In this document: in pieces, positions 49,215 through 59,014 of the stretch
Layout of the letters: each line of letters opens with the position of its first letter
How positions within the stretch are numbered: the stretch's first letter is position 1
Origin: an uncultured Planctomycetia bacterium
GTDB lineage: Bacteria > Omnitrophota > Gorgyraeia > Taenaricolales > CAZCCH01
Length of the DNA: 64,000 nucleotides
Assembly (NCBI GenBank): GCA_964497315.1
Contig: CAZCCH010000004.1
Location: 18,307-82,306 of the forward strand
Direction: 5' to 3'
Translations under genes and position numbers: made by a program
Notes under the pieces: model-generated
Seen by the model: the letters and a program-made list of their open reading frames with translations, nothing else
Database searches by the model: none
Told to the model about the DNA's origin: nothing

Positions 49215-50186
49215 TTATTCGATAATTTCTCTGATGTAAAAAGTTTTAGACCTATCCAATTCATGATAAACCTTGCTGACAATTTCACCAAGAAGGCCAA
49301 GTGTTAAAAACTGTATGCCTGTAATAAAGAGGAGTATGGAAAGAATAAAAAGAACGGGCCTGTGCACAAGTATCCCAAGGCCAAAGGCATACTTTAAAAA
49401 GATAAGATAGGACATTACAGTAAACCCTGCCAATGAAACAAACAGTCCGAATGTCCCAAAAAACTGAAGCGGTCGTGAAAGATATCTAGATAAAAAATTA
49501 ATTCTTAATAAATCGAAAAATACTGTCCATGTCCGCAACAGGTTGTAGCTCGACCTACCCCGGTTCCTTTCAATATTTTTTATAGGTATTTCAATAATGG
49601 AAGCTCCAGTTTTAGAAGCTAAAACAGGTATAAATCTATGGAAATCACCATAAAGCTTTACATTCTTTATCACTTCTTTCCTGTAGGCCTTAAACGTTGT
49701 GCCAAAATCATGCAGCTTTATGCCTGACATTTTAGCCATTGCCATGTTAGCAATAAACGAAGGTATTCTTCTTAGCCAAAAGTTATCGACCCTATTTTTT
49801 CTCCATCCACTGACAACATCGTAACCTTTATCAATATGCCTAATAAATGACGGTAAATCTTCCGGGTCATGCTGTAAATCTGAATCCATGAGTACAATAA
49901 TGCTGCCGTGAGAATATTCTATGCCTGCGGATAAAGATGCAGTTTGGCCAAAATTTCTTTTTAATCTGACAATCTTAACTTTTTCATCCTTATGGTTTAT
50001 CTCTTTTAGGAGTGCGGCTGAATTGTCAGTTGATCCATCATCCACAAAAATTAATTCATATGTTCTTTCAAGCTTAACAAGTACAGCGCTGAGTTTATCG
50101 TAAAGCTCCTGTAGATTTTCTTCTTCATTAAAAACTGGCAATACAACAGATATATCGCATGGATATTGCGTATTAGTCTCTTCCAT
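49215..50186 (-). CDS. ArnC/GtrB-like polyprenol-phosphate glycosyltransferase (GT2 with two C-terminal TMs)
   Basis: SVVLPVFNEE, VDDGSTD, RNFGQTA, MDSDLQHDP, GYDVVSGWR, LHDFG..FKAYR, HRFIP, GLLGE. Confidence 0.9.
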   Translation of the reverse strand: MEETNTQYPCDISVVLPVFNEEENLQELYDKLSAVLVKLERTYELIFVDDGSTDNSAALLKEINHKDEKVKIVRLKRNFGQTASLSAGIEYSHGSIIVLMDSDLQHDPEDLPSFIRHIDKGYDVVSGWRKNRVDNFWLRRIPSFIANMAMAKMSGIKLHDFGTTFKAYRKEVIKNVKLYGDFHRFIPVLASKTGASIIEIPIKNIERNRGRSSYNLLRTWTVFFDLLRINFLSRYLSRPLQFFGTFGLFVSLAGFTVMSYLIFLKYAFGLGILVHRPVLFILSILLFITGIQFLTLGLLGEIVSKVYHELDRSKTFYIREIIE

Positions 50187-51592
50187 TACGCTTTTCCTTT
50201 CTTGTGAATTACATCATTTTCATTTGCAGGGTGATCTGATAATCTTTTTAACGCATATGTCAGTGCAAAAGTAAACCATAAAAATCTAAAATTCATTATG
50301 TCCATATCAATGCCTTGGATTGTAAAAGCCACCAAAATTGAAAAAAATGTCCACGCAAGAAATTTTTCATGCTTGGTATGAGCTGCCTTATGTGCATTAA
50401 AGGAATATTTTAAAAAATAAACCCAAACCATTAAAAGTGAAAAAAGGCCCAGGATGCCTGTTTCCGCCAATCTACCCAAAAATGTACAATGAGGATCAAG
50501 GAGTGGAAATTTTTCGGGCAGTTTAGAGGTCTTGCGTAAATAGGCTATTTTATCACGAAATGTCCCAAGCCCAATTCCAATATAAGGTTTTGTTAAAAAT
50601 TCTTTATATGCGAATTTTTTAAGTGCTAAATAATGCGTTTCTGTTATACCAAGGCTAAAATTGGCTCTTAATAGGCCCTTTATGGGATCTACGATGGATG
50701 TATCCTCTACTACATTAAATTCTTTATCGTAATAATGATTAAATTGCACCTCAACTGGTTCCCACAGAGAAATACATATAATAAATATTCCAAAGACAAT
50801 AACAAAAAGAAGTAAAAAATTCTTTGCGAACTTCATTAAAAAACTCGCGTTTTGTACTTTAGTCATCATTAAACATAAACACACAGCAAGACCTAGCCAT
50901 CCGCGTGAAAAAGTAAAGAATAAAGCAAGAAACAATACACATAAACTGATAATCCAATAGTTTCTTTCTTTTTTATTTTTCGAAGCATGCGCTTTCCAGA
51001 TGGTCAATGGTATTCCGATAGTCAAATAGCTGCTTAAAAATTTAGCATTTGGCATAAAAGTAGAGCGGGCCCTAAACACATGCCCTAAATATGGAAACAC
51101 CTTATATTCCATTACAAGAAAAGTATTAATTTTAAAGAAGCATGCCAAAAATATTCCAAGGACGCCCAGTGATGCAACAGCAATGCTGGTAAAAATCCAC
51201 AAATCTACTGCAAGATGTAAACGTTCTTTGCTTCTAATTACCTCAATAAGCAAAGCGAATAACAAAACAGTATACACAATGCTGGCAAACTCAACTATGC
51301 TCTCTTTTACATTGATTGAATTCATAAATGAAGGCAGAGAACATAAAATATACAGCAATAAAACATAATGGACATTTTTGGCTTTTAATGTAATTTTACC
51401 TTGAAAAATTTTCAACATAAACGAGGCAAAAAGGAGTATAAACGCAAAATCTGCCAATTGAACTCTTCCGCCAAGCGGCTGCTGAAATAGTGGGCTCTCA
51501 GGTGTATTTAACATTATAGGTACAGATATTAGCAATAAAACAAAGGCAAAAAGTCCAAAATCTGTAATTATATTCTTAATAATACGAAACAT
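50186..51592 (-). CDS. O-antigen ligase/polymerase (WaaL/Wzy_C family) membrane protein
   Basis: Polytopic; RARSTF..N, LFFTFSRG, PYIGIGLGTF, DPH.TFL..LAETGILG. Confidence 0.8.
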   Translation of the reverse strand: MFRIIKNIITDFGLFAFVLLLISVPIMLNTPESPLFQQPLGGRVQLADFAFILLFASFMLKIFQGKITLKAKNVHYVLLLYILCSLPSFMNSINVKESIVEFASIVYTVLLFALLIEVIRSKERLHLAVDLWIFTSIAVASLGVLGIFLACFFKINTFLVMEYKVFPYLGHVFRARSTFMPNAKFLSSYLTIGIPLTIWKAHASKNKKERNYWIISLCVLFLALFFTFSRGWLGLAVCLCLMMTKVQNASFLMKFAKNFLLLFVIVFGIFIICISLWEPVEVQFNHYYDKEFNVVEDTSIVDPIKGLLRANFSLGITETHYLALKKFAYKEFLTKPYIGIGLGTFRDKIAYLRKTSKLPEKFPLLDPHCTFLGRLAETGILGLFSLLMVWVYFLKYSFNAHKAAHTKHEKFLAWTFFSILVAFTIQGIDMDIMNFRFLWFTFALTYALKRLSDHPANENDVIHKKGKA

Positions 51593-51593
51593 A

Positions 51594-53444
51594 TTATAAA
51601 TACCCTTTCCAGAAGTAATAAATAATGCTTACGTATTCATGTATAATGGCGCGTATGTGCTTGGCCATCACAACTTTTCTGTCGGCAAAAAATAGACTAT
51701 GGGATACTGGAGCATAGGTAACAACCAAATGAGGAGCTATTTTTTTATAAATTAAGGATACCCTCCTCATATGATAAGGCGAACTCACTACAAGAACTTT
51801 CTTCCAATTATAAGAAAAGGCTATCTTATTAGTGTAGAGCACATTTTCATATGTGCTGGCTGCCTCTTTATCCAGTAAAATAACGCCTGCAGGAACCCCC
51901 ATAGAAATGGCCAAATCTTTCATTTTCTCTGCTTCTTGCAGCATATAAACATAGCCCGAAGAAAATACCAAATAATCCACAAAACCTCTTTTATACAAGC
52001 TTACGGCATGCGCAACCCTTTCTTCATACCCCTGCCCTGCCTGTCCTGACTCACCTACTCCTCCGGCAAAGACTACAGCGGCATCTGCTGATGCCGGAGG
52101 CTGTCTTATTTCTAAAGGCCTTGCAATAAACCACAAAAACTGTGTATGGAATAACAATAAATAGGCTAAGATACATATTGCGGCTATTCTGACTGTCTTT
52201 TTCCGAGATGCCCTGTAAAATTGCAGTAGGCTTTCTTTCCACAGCAGGTCTTTACCACGCTTCCTCTCTTCTACTGCCTGTTCTATCAAATTACTCATTT
52301 GATCAATCCTGTTCTTCCAGGTATTCTCATGGGCTATCTCAATCTTTCTTTGTATGTCTTCTTCGCGATTCACGTCTTCAACCGCATTCCTGATACCCTC
52401 AGTAAAATCTTTGGAGGTTTTACACATAGAAACCACATCCTTATATCGCTTATTGAACTTTTCTATTTCTGGAAGATCTGTAGATACCACCGGCTTACCA
52501 AGAGCCAAATATTCGTTTAGCTTGGTAGGATAGACATTCATTGTATAATCTGTTAGGATATACGGAATTATTCCCACATCAAATAAATTAACATAATATG
52601 GCAATTGTTCATGAGGCTTATGTCCTAAGAAATAGACATTTTTTATTTTTGATAACTTAGAAACGTTTTCTTGAAGCGGGCCCACGAAAACAAAAGAATA
52701 ATGCGGAAATTCCCTAGCCAAACTTCCAATTAAATCTTGATCAACCCACTTATGTATGCCGCCTACATAACCAATTACAGGACCTTTAATTTTTCTTAAG
52801 TCTTCGGGAACATAAGGCTGTTCTTCAAGCCTTGTCTTATCAAAATTTTCAATGTTTACGCCAAAAGGAAATTTATAAACTTTTTCATTGTATGCCAAAC
52901 AGTAATTATACAGCTCTTCTGCCGTAACAAATACAACATCTGCCTGTGAAATGAAATTTTGCTCTGACCGTTTTATTTTATGTACTGCTGGCGAACTTGC
53001 AGAAAAATTATCAATACAATAATAAATACTAACTTTAACATCCAGACTGTTAATAAGATCTAACGATAACGCTGTAGGTAAAAATGACCATACGACAACA
53101 TCGTTAAAACCCATAACCTTCGTCCATTTTCTTAAATTAGTCAATAATAGCCTTTTATTAATCCATCTTGCTATGCGTGAATATGGGAATGGTAATACTA
53201 CAGGTGAAAACACATAGAGATTTTCTCTTTCTTTTCTTATGCCGCTAATACCCCTGCGCCAGTTAAGTAAACGTTTTTTTAAACGTGGTAAATCTCGCAA
53301 TCTTGGTACCCTAACACCCGTATTTTCTATAAAAAGGACTCTATTACCATTATCTGCCAACCTAGACATTATTTCTTGATGCCCCTGCCAGATAAAATCC
53401 CAATCTATAGAAGATATGCATATAATATTTTCATTCTTTAGCAT
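51594..53444 (-). CDS. Fusion: GT-B glycosyltransferase (TuaH-like) + TM + DUF218/YdcF/ElyC-like domain
   Basis: N-terminal YYCID, IGYVGGI, DVGIIPY, PTKLNEYLALGKPVV; C-terminal ADAAVVFAGG, LVFSSG, ASTYEN, VSSPYHMRR, IHEY. Confidence 0.82.
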   Translation of the reverse strand: MLKNENIICISSIDWDFIWQGHQEIMSRLADNGNRVLFIENTGVRVPRLRDLPRLKKRLLNWRRGISGIRKERENLYVFSPVVLPFPYSRIARWINKRLLLTNLRKWTKVMGFNDVVVWSFLPTALSLDLINSLDVKVSIYYCIDNFSASSPAVHKIKRSEQNFISQADVVFVTAEELYNYCLAYNEKVYKFPFGVNIENFDKTRLEEQPYVPEDLRKIKGPVIGYVGGIHKWVDQDLIGSLAREFPHYSFVFVGPLQENVSKLSKIKNVYFLGHKPHEQLPYYVNLFDVGIIPYILTDYTMNVYPTKLNEYLALGKPVVSTDLPEIEKFNKRYKDVVSMCKTSKDFTEGIRNAVEDVNREEDIQRKIEIAHENTWKNRIDQMSNLIEQAVEERKRGKDLLWKESLLQFYRASRKKTVRIAAICILAYLLLFHTQFLWFIARPLEIRQPPASADAAVVFAGGVGESGQAGQGYEERVAHAVSLYKRGFVDYLVFSSGYVYMLQEAEKMKDLAISMGVPAGVILLDKEAASTYENVLYTNKIAFSYNWKKVLVVSSPYHMRRVSLIYKKIAPHLVVTYAPVSHSLFFADRKVVMAKHIRAIIHEYVSIIYYFWKGYL

Positions 53445-53457
53445 AACTGCCCACTTT

Positions 53458-54759
53458 TCACTTTATAGCTTCTTCCAGCACTTCCTTTAACTGTCTCGTA
53501 AGCCGTCTTCTGTCAAATTTTTTCACAATATAATCATTTATCTTTCTGTTTTGGTCTTCTCCTGCCTTGTACTTGCTATAGAATTCATACACTGCATTGC
53601 TAATAGCCTTGATATCCTCTGGAGAAACAACTTTGCCGCATTGAACTTCTTGAACAACTTCACTGATAGCTCCCTTGTTACACAAAGCCAAAATAGGACG
53701 TCCTGCCCCAATATAATCAAAGATTTTAGCCGACAGAAATCTATGTGCAATTTCTACTTGGTCCTCTATAAACAAGAGAAGGTCGCTGCTAATCATACGG
53801 CTCAAGGTATCCCTGTAACTCAAGAATCCAGAAAAGGAAACGATTTTCTTAAGTATCGGGCTATTAACTAATGAGATTATCTCTGGTTCAATGTCACCTA
53901 TAAATGAAAGATTTATGTCATCTGCGATGTGCGGGTTTTTACTTATTAAATTCTCCAAGCCCATAAGAAAATACTTAGGTGAGCGGTGCTTGTAAAGAGA
54001 ACCAGCGCATATAATAGAAAATTTCTCTTTTCTACTGATTTTAACGTTAGTAAAATCATCAAGATCAAAACCGTTTGTGATACAAACAAATTTATGTTCA
54101 TAAGCCCTGTATCTTCTTCTAAAATTTTCTACAATGGGCTCTGTTACAGATATGACTGTATCAGAGTTTTTAATTACAAATCTCTCCATATTCTCTTCTA
54201 TCTTGCATCTTAGCTTTTTCTTCTGTGGGAAAAAATACCTATTAAATTCAACCCATTCATCGCGAAAGTCAACAATAAGAGGCTTGCGGGTGATGAATTT
54301 CAATAAGACCCCTGTAAGAAAGCTGGAAAATGGCTCTCCCGTTGCATAGATAACATCTACTTTCTCATTTTTTATGACTGAGCTACCTTTTAATACTGCA
54401 AATGGAATCCAACCCACCCTTGTATCCGGAATCAGTATCCACCACTTTAGTTTTGATAAAAAAGAATAGAATATGTCTTTAATCATGCTAAATTTTTTGG
54501 TGGTTTTGGTATTCTCTGGTTTTAGGATGTTTGATATACGGTTATTAGATTCTATGGAATTAGTTCTGATAATTTTAATATCCTGGGGTATTTCATTTAT
54601 TAAATCGTAATCGTACACCGAAACAGACGGTTTCTTAACCGTCAAGACAATGGGTTCCCATTCGAATTCTTTTAAATATTTTACGAATTTTAATATCCTT
54701 CGTACTCGGCCTCCCCCAACAGGTGGGAAGCTATATGCTATCATCAATATCTTTTTCAT
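53458..54759 (-). CDS. GT4 glycosyltransferase
   Basis: MIAYSFPP.GGG.V.R, PDTRVGW, DFRDEW, ITNGFD, KIFDYIGAGRPIL; start moved to ATG 54759. Confidence 0.88.
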   Translation of the reverse strand: MKKILMIAYSFPPVGGGRVRRILKFVKYLKEFEWEPIVLTVKKPSVSVYDYDLINEIPQDIKIIRTNSIESNNRISNILKPENTKTTKKFSMIKDIFYSFLSKLKWWILIPDTRVGWIPFAVLKGSSVIKNEKVDVIYATGEPFSSFLTGVLLKFITRKPLIVDFRDEWVEFNRYFFPQKKKLRCKIEENMERFVIKNSDTVISVTEPIVENFRRRYRAYEHKFVCITNGFDLDDFTNVKISRKEKFSIICAGSLYKHRSPKYFLMGLENLISKNPHIADDINLSFIGDIEPEIISLVNSPILKKIVSFSGFLSYRDTLSRMISSDLLLFIEDQVEIAHRFLSAKIFDYIGAGRPILALCNKGAISEVVQEVQCGKVVSPEDIKAISNAVYEFYSKYKAGEDQNRKINDYIVKKFDRRRLTRQLKEVLEEAIK

Positions 54760-54766
54760 ATTGCCA

Positions 54767-56620
54767 CTATTTAAAATATCTTTCATGCCAATTAGTTAGG
54801 CACAAGAGGCTCCATATGTGATTTGAATCCATAAGTGCACTCTTAAACAACCCATCAATCTTTTTTTTATCAACAACCCCCAATTCATAAAGTGCTCCTG
54901 AATTAAGTGATTCCTCAATATAGCTCTTCAATGATCTACTTGCCCACAATTTAAAAGGAGTATTAAAACCAACCTTATCTTTTCTGTTAAGAATTGCATC
55001 AGGGAGGAGGTCTTTACCAGCTTCCCTTAGGACCTTTTTGGTTGCTAAATTTCCAATTTTTATCTCCTCTGGTATAGAAAAAGCCAGCTCAGCAATTCTG
55101 TAATCCAATAACGGAGATCTTGCCTCAACCGATGAAACCATGCTAATTCTATCATCTACGTGTAATAACGCAGGTAAATAAACCTTGAAATCAAAATATA
55201 GCATTTTATCCAAAATCCCGGCTCTATGACCTTTATTAAAAATTTGCAAAAATCTTTCGATTTGGCTCTTTTGTCTATTCCTTATAAAATCTTTCATATA
55301 AAAATGTTTTTGTCTGTTCATCGTGTTCATTAAATAGTAGTATCTTCTACCTAAATCACAACCAGACCTTGTAGCCAGAAACGTCAATAATTCTTTAATT
55401 GTAACTTTTGAAAAAATGCTCTTTGCTGCAGATAACACCGCCTTTCTCTTCTTTAACGACCTTATAAATATCTCCTCTGAATATGTCCTAATGTATCTAT
55501 GGTAACCTCCAAAAAGTTCATCTCCTCCTTCACCGCCAAGCAAAACTTTAACATGCGCCCTTGATGCCTCTTTTGCAATAAAATGCTGTGCGTACATGCC
55601 GGGGCCGCCTGCCGGTTCATCAAGATGCCAAATTAGATCTGAGAAAATACGTGAAAAATCCTCTGTGGATGGAATAACTTCGTTATATTTAATATTAGTC
55701 TCTTTAGCTAAAAGTCTTGCATAATGAGATTCGTCATATTGGGGATCCTCTGTAAATCTTCCGTTAAAACTTGTGATAGACTTGGGGGATTCTCTCGTCG
55801 CAATCATCCCAACAATACTTGAGTCTATACCTCCGCTTAATGAGAGACCAACAGATACGTCAGACCTTAACCTTAATCTTACAGAATCATATAATAAATC
55901 CTTTAATTGAATCGCATAATCTTCTTCAAGTCTATTCTCATAATTAAATTTAATATCCCAATAACGAGCGCTTTTAACATTATCTTTGGTAATTACGAGA
56001 TAATGTGCGGGTTTTAGCTTTTTTATGCCTTTAAAGAATGTAGCATCGCCAAGTGAAAACTGAAATGAAAGATAATCATAAATTGCATCTAGCTCTGGAG
56101 TTTTCTTAAAATTATCATATTCCAAAATTGACTTTATCTCGGAAGCAAATAAAATTTTGTCAGGGCCTATGGAATAATATAGCGGTTTTATGCCAATTCT
56201 GTCTCTTGCTAAAAATAATGATTTTTGTTTGCAGTCCCAAATTGCGATTGCGAACATACCGTTAAAACGCTGTAAGCAATCCACTCCAAATTCTTCATAA
56301 GCATGCAGGATTACTTCTGCATCTGTCTTTGTCTTAAATATATGCCCCTTACTTTTAAGAAAACTCTGCAGTTCAATATAATTATAAATACATCCATTAA
56401 ATACTAACCACACAGACCCATTCTCGTTGCTCATCGGCTGCTTAGCCGATTCAGATAAATCTATAATGCTCAGCCTACGATGTCCCAGTCCTATATCTCT
56501 GTCTTTATAAAACCCTTCATTGTCAGGGCCTCTGTGTGAAAGCATTGCTGTCATTCTTTTTAAAGACAGCTCATCGACATTCTTTCCATTTCGGTTATAG
56601 ATTCCGGTTATGCCGCACAT
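54767..56620 (-). CDS. asnB: Asparagine synthase (glutamine-hydrolysing)-like glycan amidotransferase (second paralog)
   Basis: MCGITG (start 56620 gives the N-terminal Cys), HRGPD, GHRRLSIID, LSGGIDSS, GEGGDELFGGY, EARSPLLD. Confidence 0.92.
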   Translation of the reverse strand: MCGITGIYNRNGKNVDELSLKRMTAMLSHRGPDNEGFYKDRDIGLGHRRLSIIDLSESAKQPMSNENGSVWLVFNGCIYNYIELQSFLKSKGHIFKTKTDAEVILHAYEEFGVDCLQRFNGMFAIAIWDCKQKSLFLARDRIGIKPLYYSIGPDKILFASEIKSILEYDNFKKTPELDAIYDYLSFQFSLGDATFFKGIKKLKPAHYLVITKDNVKSARYWDIKFNYENRLEEDYAIQLKDLLYDSVRLRLRSDVSVGLSLSGGIDSSIVGMIATRESPKSITSFNGRFTEDPQYDESHYARLLAKETNIKYNEVIPSTEDFSRIFSDLIWHLDEPAGGPGMYAQHFIAKEASRAHVKVLLGGEGGDELFGGYHRYIRTYSEEIFIRSLKKRKAVLSAAKSIFSKVTIKELLTFLATRSGCDLGRRYYYLMNTMNRQKHFYMKDFIRNRQKSQIERFLQIFNKGHRAGILDKMLYFDFKVYLPALLHVDDRISMVSSVEARSPLLDYRIAELAFSIPEEIKIGNLATKKVLREAGKDLLPDAILNRKDKVGFNTPFKLWASRSLKSYIEESLNSGALYELGVVDKKKIDGLFKSALMDSNHIWSLLCLTNWHERYFK

Positions 56621-56624
56621 ATGT

Positions 56625-57473
56625 TTATTTCTCCAGAAAAATATAGAGGAAAAACCCAAATCTTTTTTCAAACCATCTCATGCGATCTAAAAAACGTTCG
56701 TGACTCCCCCTTATATCAAAATCAATCTTCGAAAAATTTCTTACTAGTTCACTTGCTGCCTGTTTTGTATAGACCTTTGTTACAGGGTTTGCCCTGCCAT
56801 CGCTAACCCTTATTGCATATTGCGTAAGATCTTGCCAAGAAAACACGCTAACATCTTTTTTAATATCTTTTACGGAAGGCTTTAATCTGGCAATTAAATC
56901 TATCGTTGCGTTAGGCAGCAATTTAATTAAGAGGTATTTGAGCCGTAGTCTTACCAAAACATCCCAGTAATAAAAAATTGAATTTTTGTAATAAAGCATC
57001 AGGATGGCGTCGCCTCCTTTTTTTAAAACCCTGTAAATTTCATCTGCCGCCTTCTGAGTATCTACGGTATGGTGAATAACCCCGAGTGAATAGATCCTGT
57101 CAAAGGTATTATTTCCGTAAGGAAGATTTTCTGCATCGGCCTGCATAACCCTTGCTTTTTTGCCAAAGGTTTCAAATCGTTTTTTTGTAATAGAGGTTGA
57201 TCTAAAATTAAAATCAAGCGCGTAAAATTCCTGTGCGTAACTAGCCATTTTTAATGAGTGGCTCCCCATGCCACAACCTACCTCCAGAACTCTTTTATCG
57301 AAACAGCTACCATACTGCAGTATGGATGAATAAGGATATAACCTCTCAATAAGTTTATCATGCGTAAGGAAAAATTCATGCGTGCCTTCTTTAAGCTCGA
57401 TTCGATCAAAAGAACAGGGATTTTTATTCCAGAATTCTTTCACTCTGTTTTTTAGCAAGTTTTTTTTCTTCAT
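56625..57473 (-). CDS. Class I SAM-dependent methyltransferase
   Basis: FWNKNPC, VLEVGCGMG, ADAENLPY, FDRIYSLGVIHHT, RVLKKGG. Confidence 0.88.
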   Translation of the reverse strand: MKKKNLLKNRVKEFWNKNPCSFDRIELKEGTHEFFLTHDKLIERLYPYSSILQYGSCFDKRVLEVGCGMGSHSLKMASYAQEFYALDFNFRSTSITKKRFETFGKKARVMQADAENLPYGNNTFDRIYSLGVIHHTVDTQKAADEIYRVLKKGGDAILMLYYKNSIFYYWDVLVRLRLKYLLIKLLPNATIDLIARLKPSVKDIKKDVSVFSWQDLTQYAIRVSDGRANPVTKVYTKQAASELVRNFSKIDFDIRGSHERFLDRMRWFEKRFGFFLYIFLEK

Positions 57474-57574
57474 TTTGAATTACATTTAAACCTTTTACAT
57501 ATTCCAGCAAAAACCGAATTCTTTAATTAGACTAACGCCTGCGCGTTTCTTAAGGACTACCTATGATTTCTGGC

Positions 57575-59014
57575 TTAATGCAACAGGGAATATCCATAAT
57601 GTTTGACTCTATCCTTCCACCAACCGGCAATCTCATTCGGCAAGGCTACCCAGGCATTCTCTTTTGATAAATACTCCAGTATGTTTTTATAGACTTCAAT
57701 CCACCCGGGATATGCCTTAGTATCCCAAACCCTTAAATGCCACAGTATGCACGCAAAGCCGTTAAACTCTTTAATCTTCTCTAAAATCTGTATACATTTT
57801 CTTGTGGCTTCTTCGACTCCAAAATTTAATTCCATAAATAACGCGCTATCCATTATCACAAGTGGTAGCTCCAGAATCATATGCGCTCTTTTTAATGTCC
57901 GGTTATAAGGAAAAAATGGGAAGGCCGCTCCAGCACGGAAACCAAGGGCCTCATTATAGCCTAAAGACATATCATATTCAATACCGCTCTCGCGTTGGAC
58001 ATCCCAAGTTTTTTGATAGTCCAACCTGAGATAATGCTGACAAATACCTCCTACTTTATTCTTGATCACTCTTTCAAGCATATTCTTTTCTTCGGACAAT
58101 TTATCCTTATCAAGATAGCTCTCGTAGCTTCCGTGCAGACCTATTTCCCATCCACGTGCCTTTATTAATTCCATTATCTTAATAATTCTTGAATTATATA
58201 TCGAATATGTTGGATCATAAAGAATATTGCCCTGGTCAATTAAGGATGCAAAATTAAAAATAGACTTAAATCCGTATTTCCCCTCAAGTTTAATATAATC
58301 CTGAAAATTACAATATGGGTCTTTCAACTTAAAAGCTTTGTATATGAAACCCCAGATTATATGCTTGGTAGCCTGCTTTATTCCTTTAAACTTGTGTGCA
58401 TAACGCTTGAGCATATTAAGGCCTGAGTAAATATCTCCCTTAAATGGCTGATCCACATCATGTATAAGGCAAACTGAGAATTTCTTATTATCTTTATTTA
58501 AAGCTGTATAATCAAACTCCGCAGGAAACAATTTATCTAAAAGCTGCTTGAGAAGAAACGCGTAACTATTGACTACTGGAAAATCCAAAACTCCTAATTT
58601 TTTTAAAATTGTATAATTTCCAGAAAAACACCCCCAGGTATCGCGCCTTTTGTCTAACCTTTCTTCCTCGCGAGATAATAAATAAAAACTAGCTGCAATG
58701 ATATCAAATGTCAGATTGATTGCCTCATCTTCATAAAAATAAAGCGAGTCTCGTTTGGGCTTTTCTACGTACATTACAGGTATTCCATCTCGCCAATCTA
58801 GGGAAGGTTGATTCTCTAGCCATTTTTGATAATTGTCCGATGGAATTCCGATAGACTTCTCTTTGGCTTTGTAGCCATAACACAGGTGAGCCTTTTCATC
58901 GTCTCTTACAATTTTAAAACAAATACCCAGAACATAACCGTAGGTTTGGAAAATATATCTTGCCTCTTTTGCAAATGATAACTCTGGGTTAATTTTTACG
59001 TTTATAGTCTTCAT
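57575..59014 (-). CDS. Polysaccharide deacetylase-family protein with N-terminal extension
   Basis: FDIIAASFYLLSR.EE, PVVN.Y, LIHDVD, WEIGLHGSY, QHYLR, YDMSLG, GFRAG, ELPLVIMD, LWH. Confidence 0.82.
   Translation of the reverse strand: MKTINVKINPELSFAKEARYIFQTYGYVLGICFKIVRDDEKAHLCYGYKAKEKSIGIPSDNYQKWLENQPSLDWRDGIPVMYVEKPKRDSLYFYEDEAINLTFDIIAASFYLLSREEERLDKRRDTWGCFSGNYTILKKLGVLDFPVVNSYAFLLKQLLDKLFPAEFDYTALNKDNKKFSVCLIHDVDQPFKGDIYSGLNMLKRYAHKFKGIKQATKHIIWGFIYKAFKLKDPYCNFQDYIKLEGKYGFKSIFNFASLIDQGNILYDPTYSIYNSRIIKIMELIKARGWEIGLHGSYESYLDKDKLSEEKNMLERVIKNKVGGICQHYLRLDYQKTWDVQRESGIEYDMSLGYNEALGFRAGAAFPFFPYNRTLKRAHMILELPLVIMDSALFMELNFGVEEATRKCIQILEKIKEFNGFACILWHLRVWDTKAYPGWIEVYKNILEYLSKENAWVALPNEIAGWWKDRVKHYGYSLLH

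Noticed and set aside
15209-56671. Long apparent gene overlaps from N-terminal extensions (sat, GT2 21688, Gfo 35913, GT4 53458, asnB 54767)
   Set aside because: Downstream ATGs match the family N-termini and remove or shrink the overlaps; these are longest-ORF artefacts.
23689-57467. Poly-T/A runs of 8-9 nt as phase-variation tracts
   Set aside because: They are in-frame Lys/Glu codon runs expected in AT-rich DNA, and no frameshifted genes were seen.
57474-57574. Largest intergenic gaps (also 13984-14062 and 37810-37882) as promoters, terminators or sRNAs
   Set aside because: No convincing -35/-10 pair, hairpin with U-tract, or small ORF could be supported by eye.
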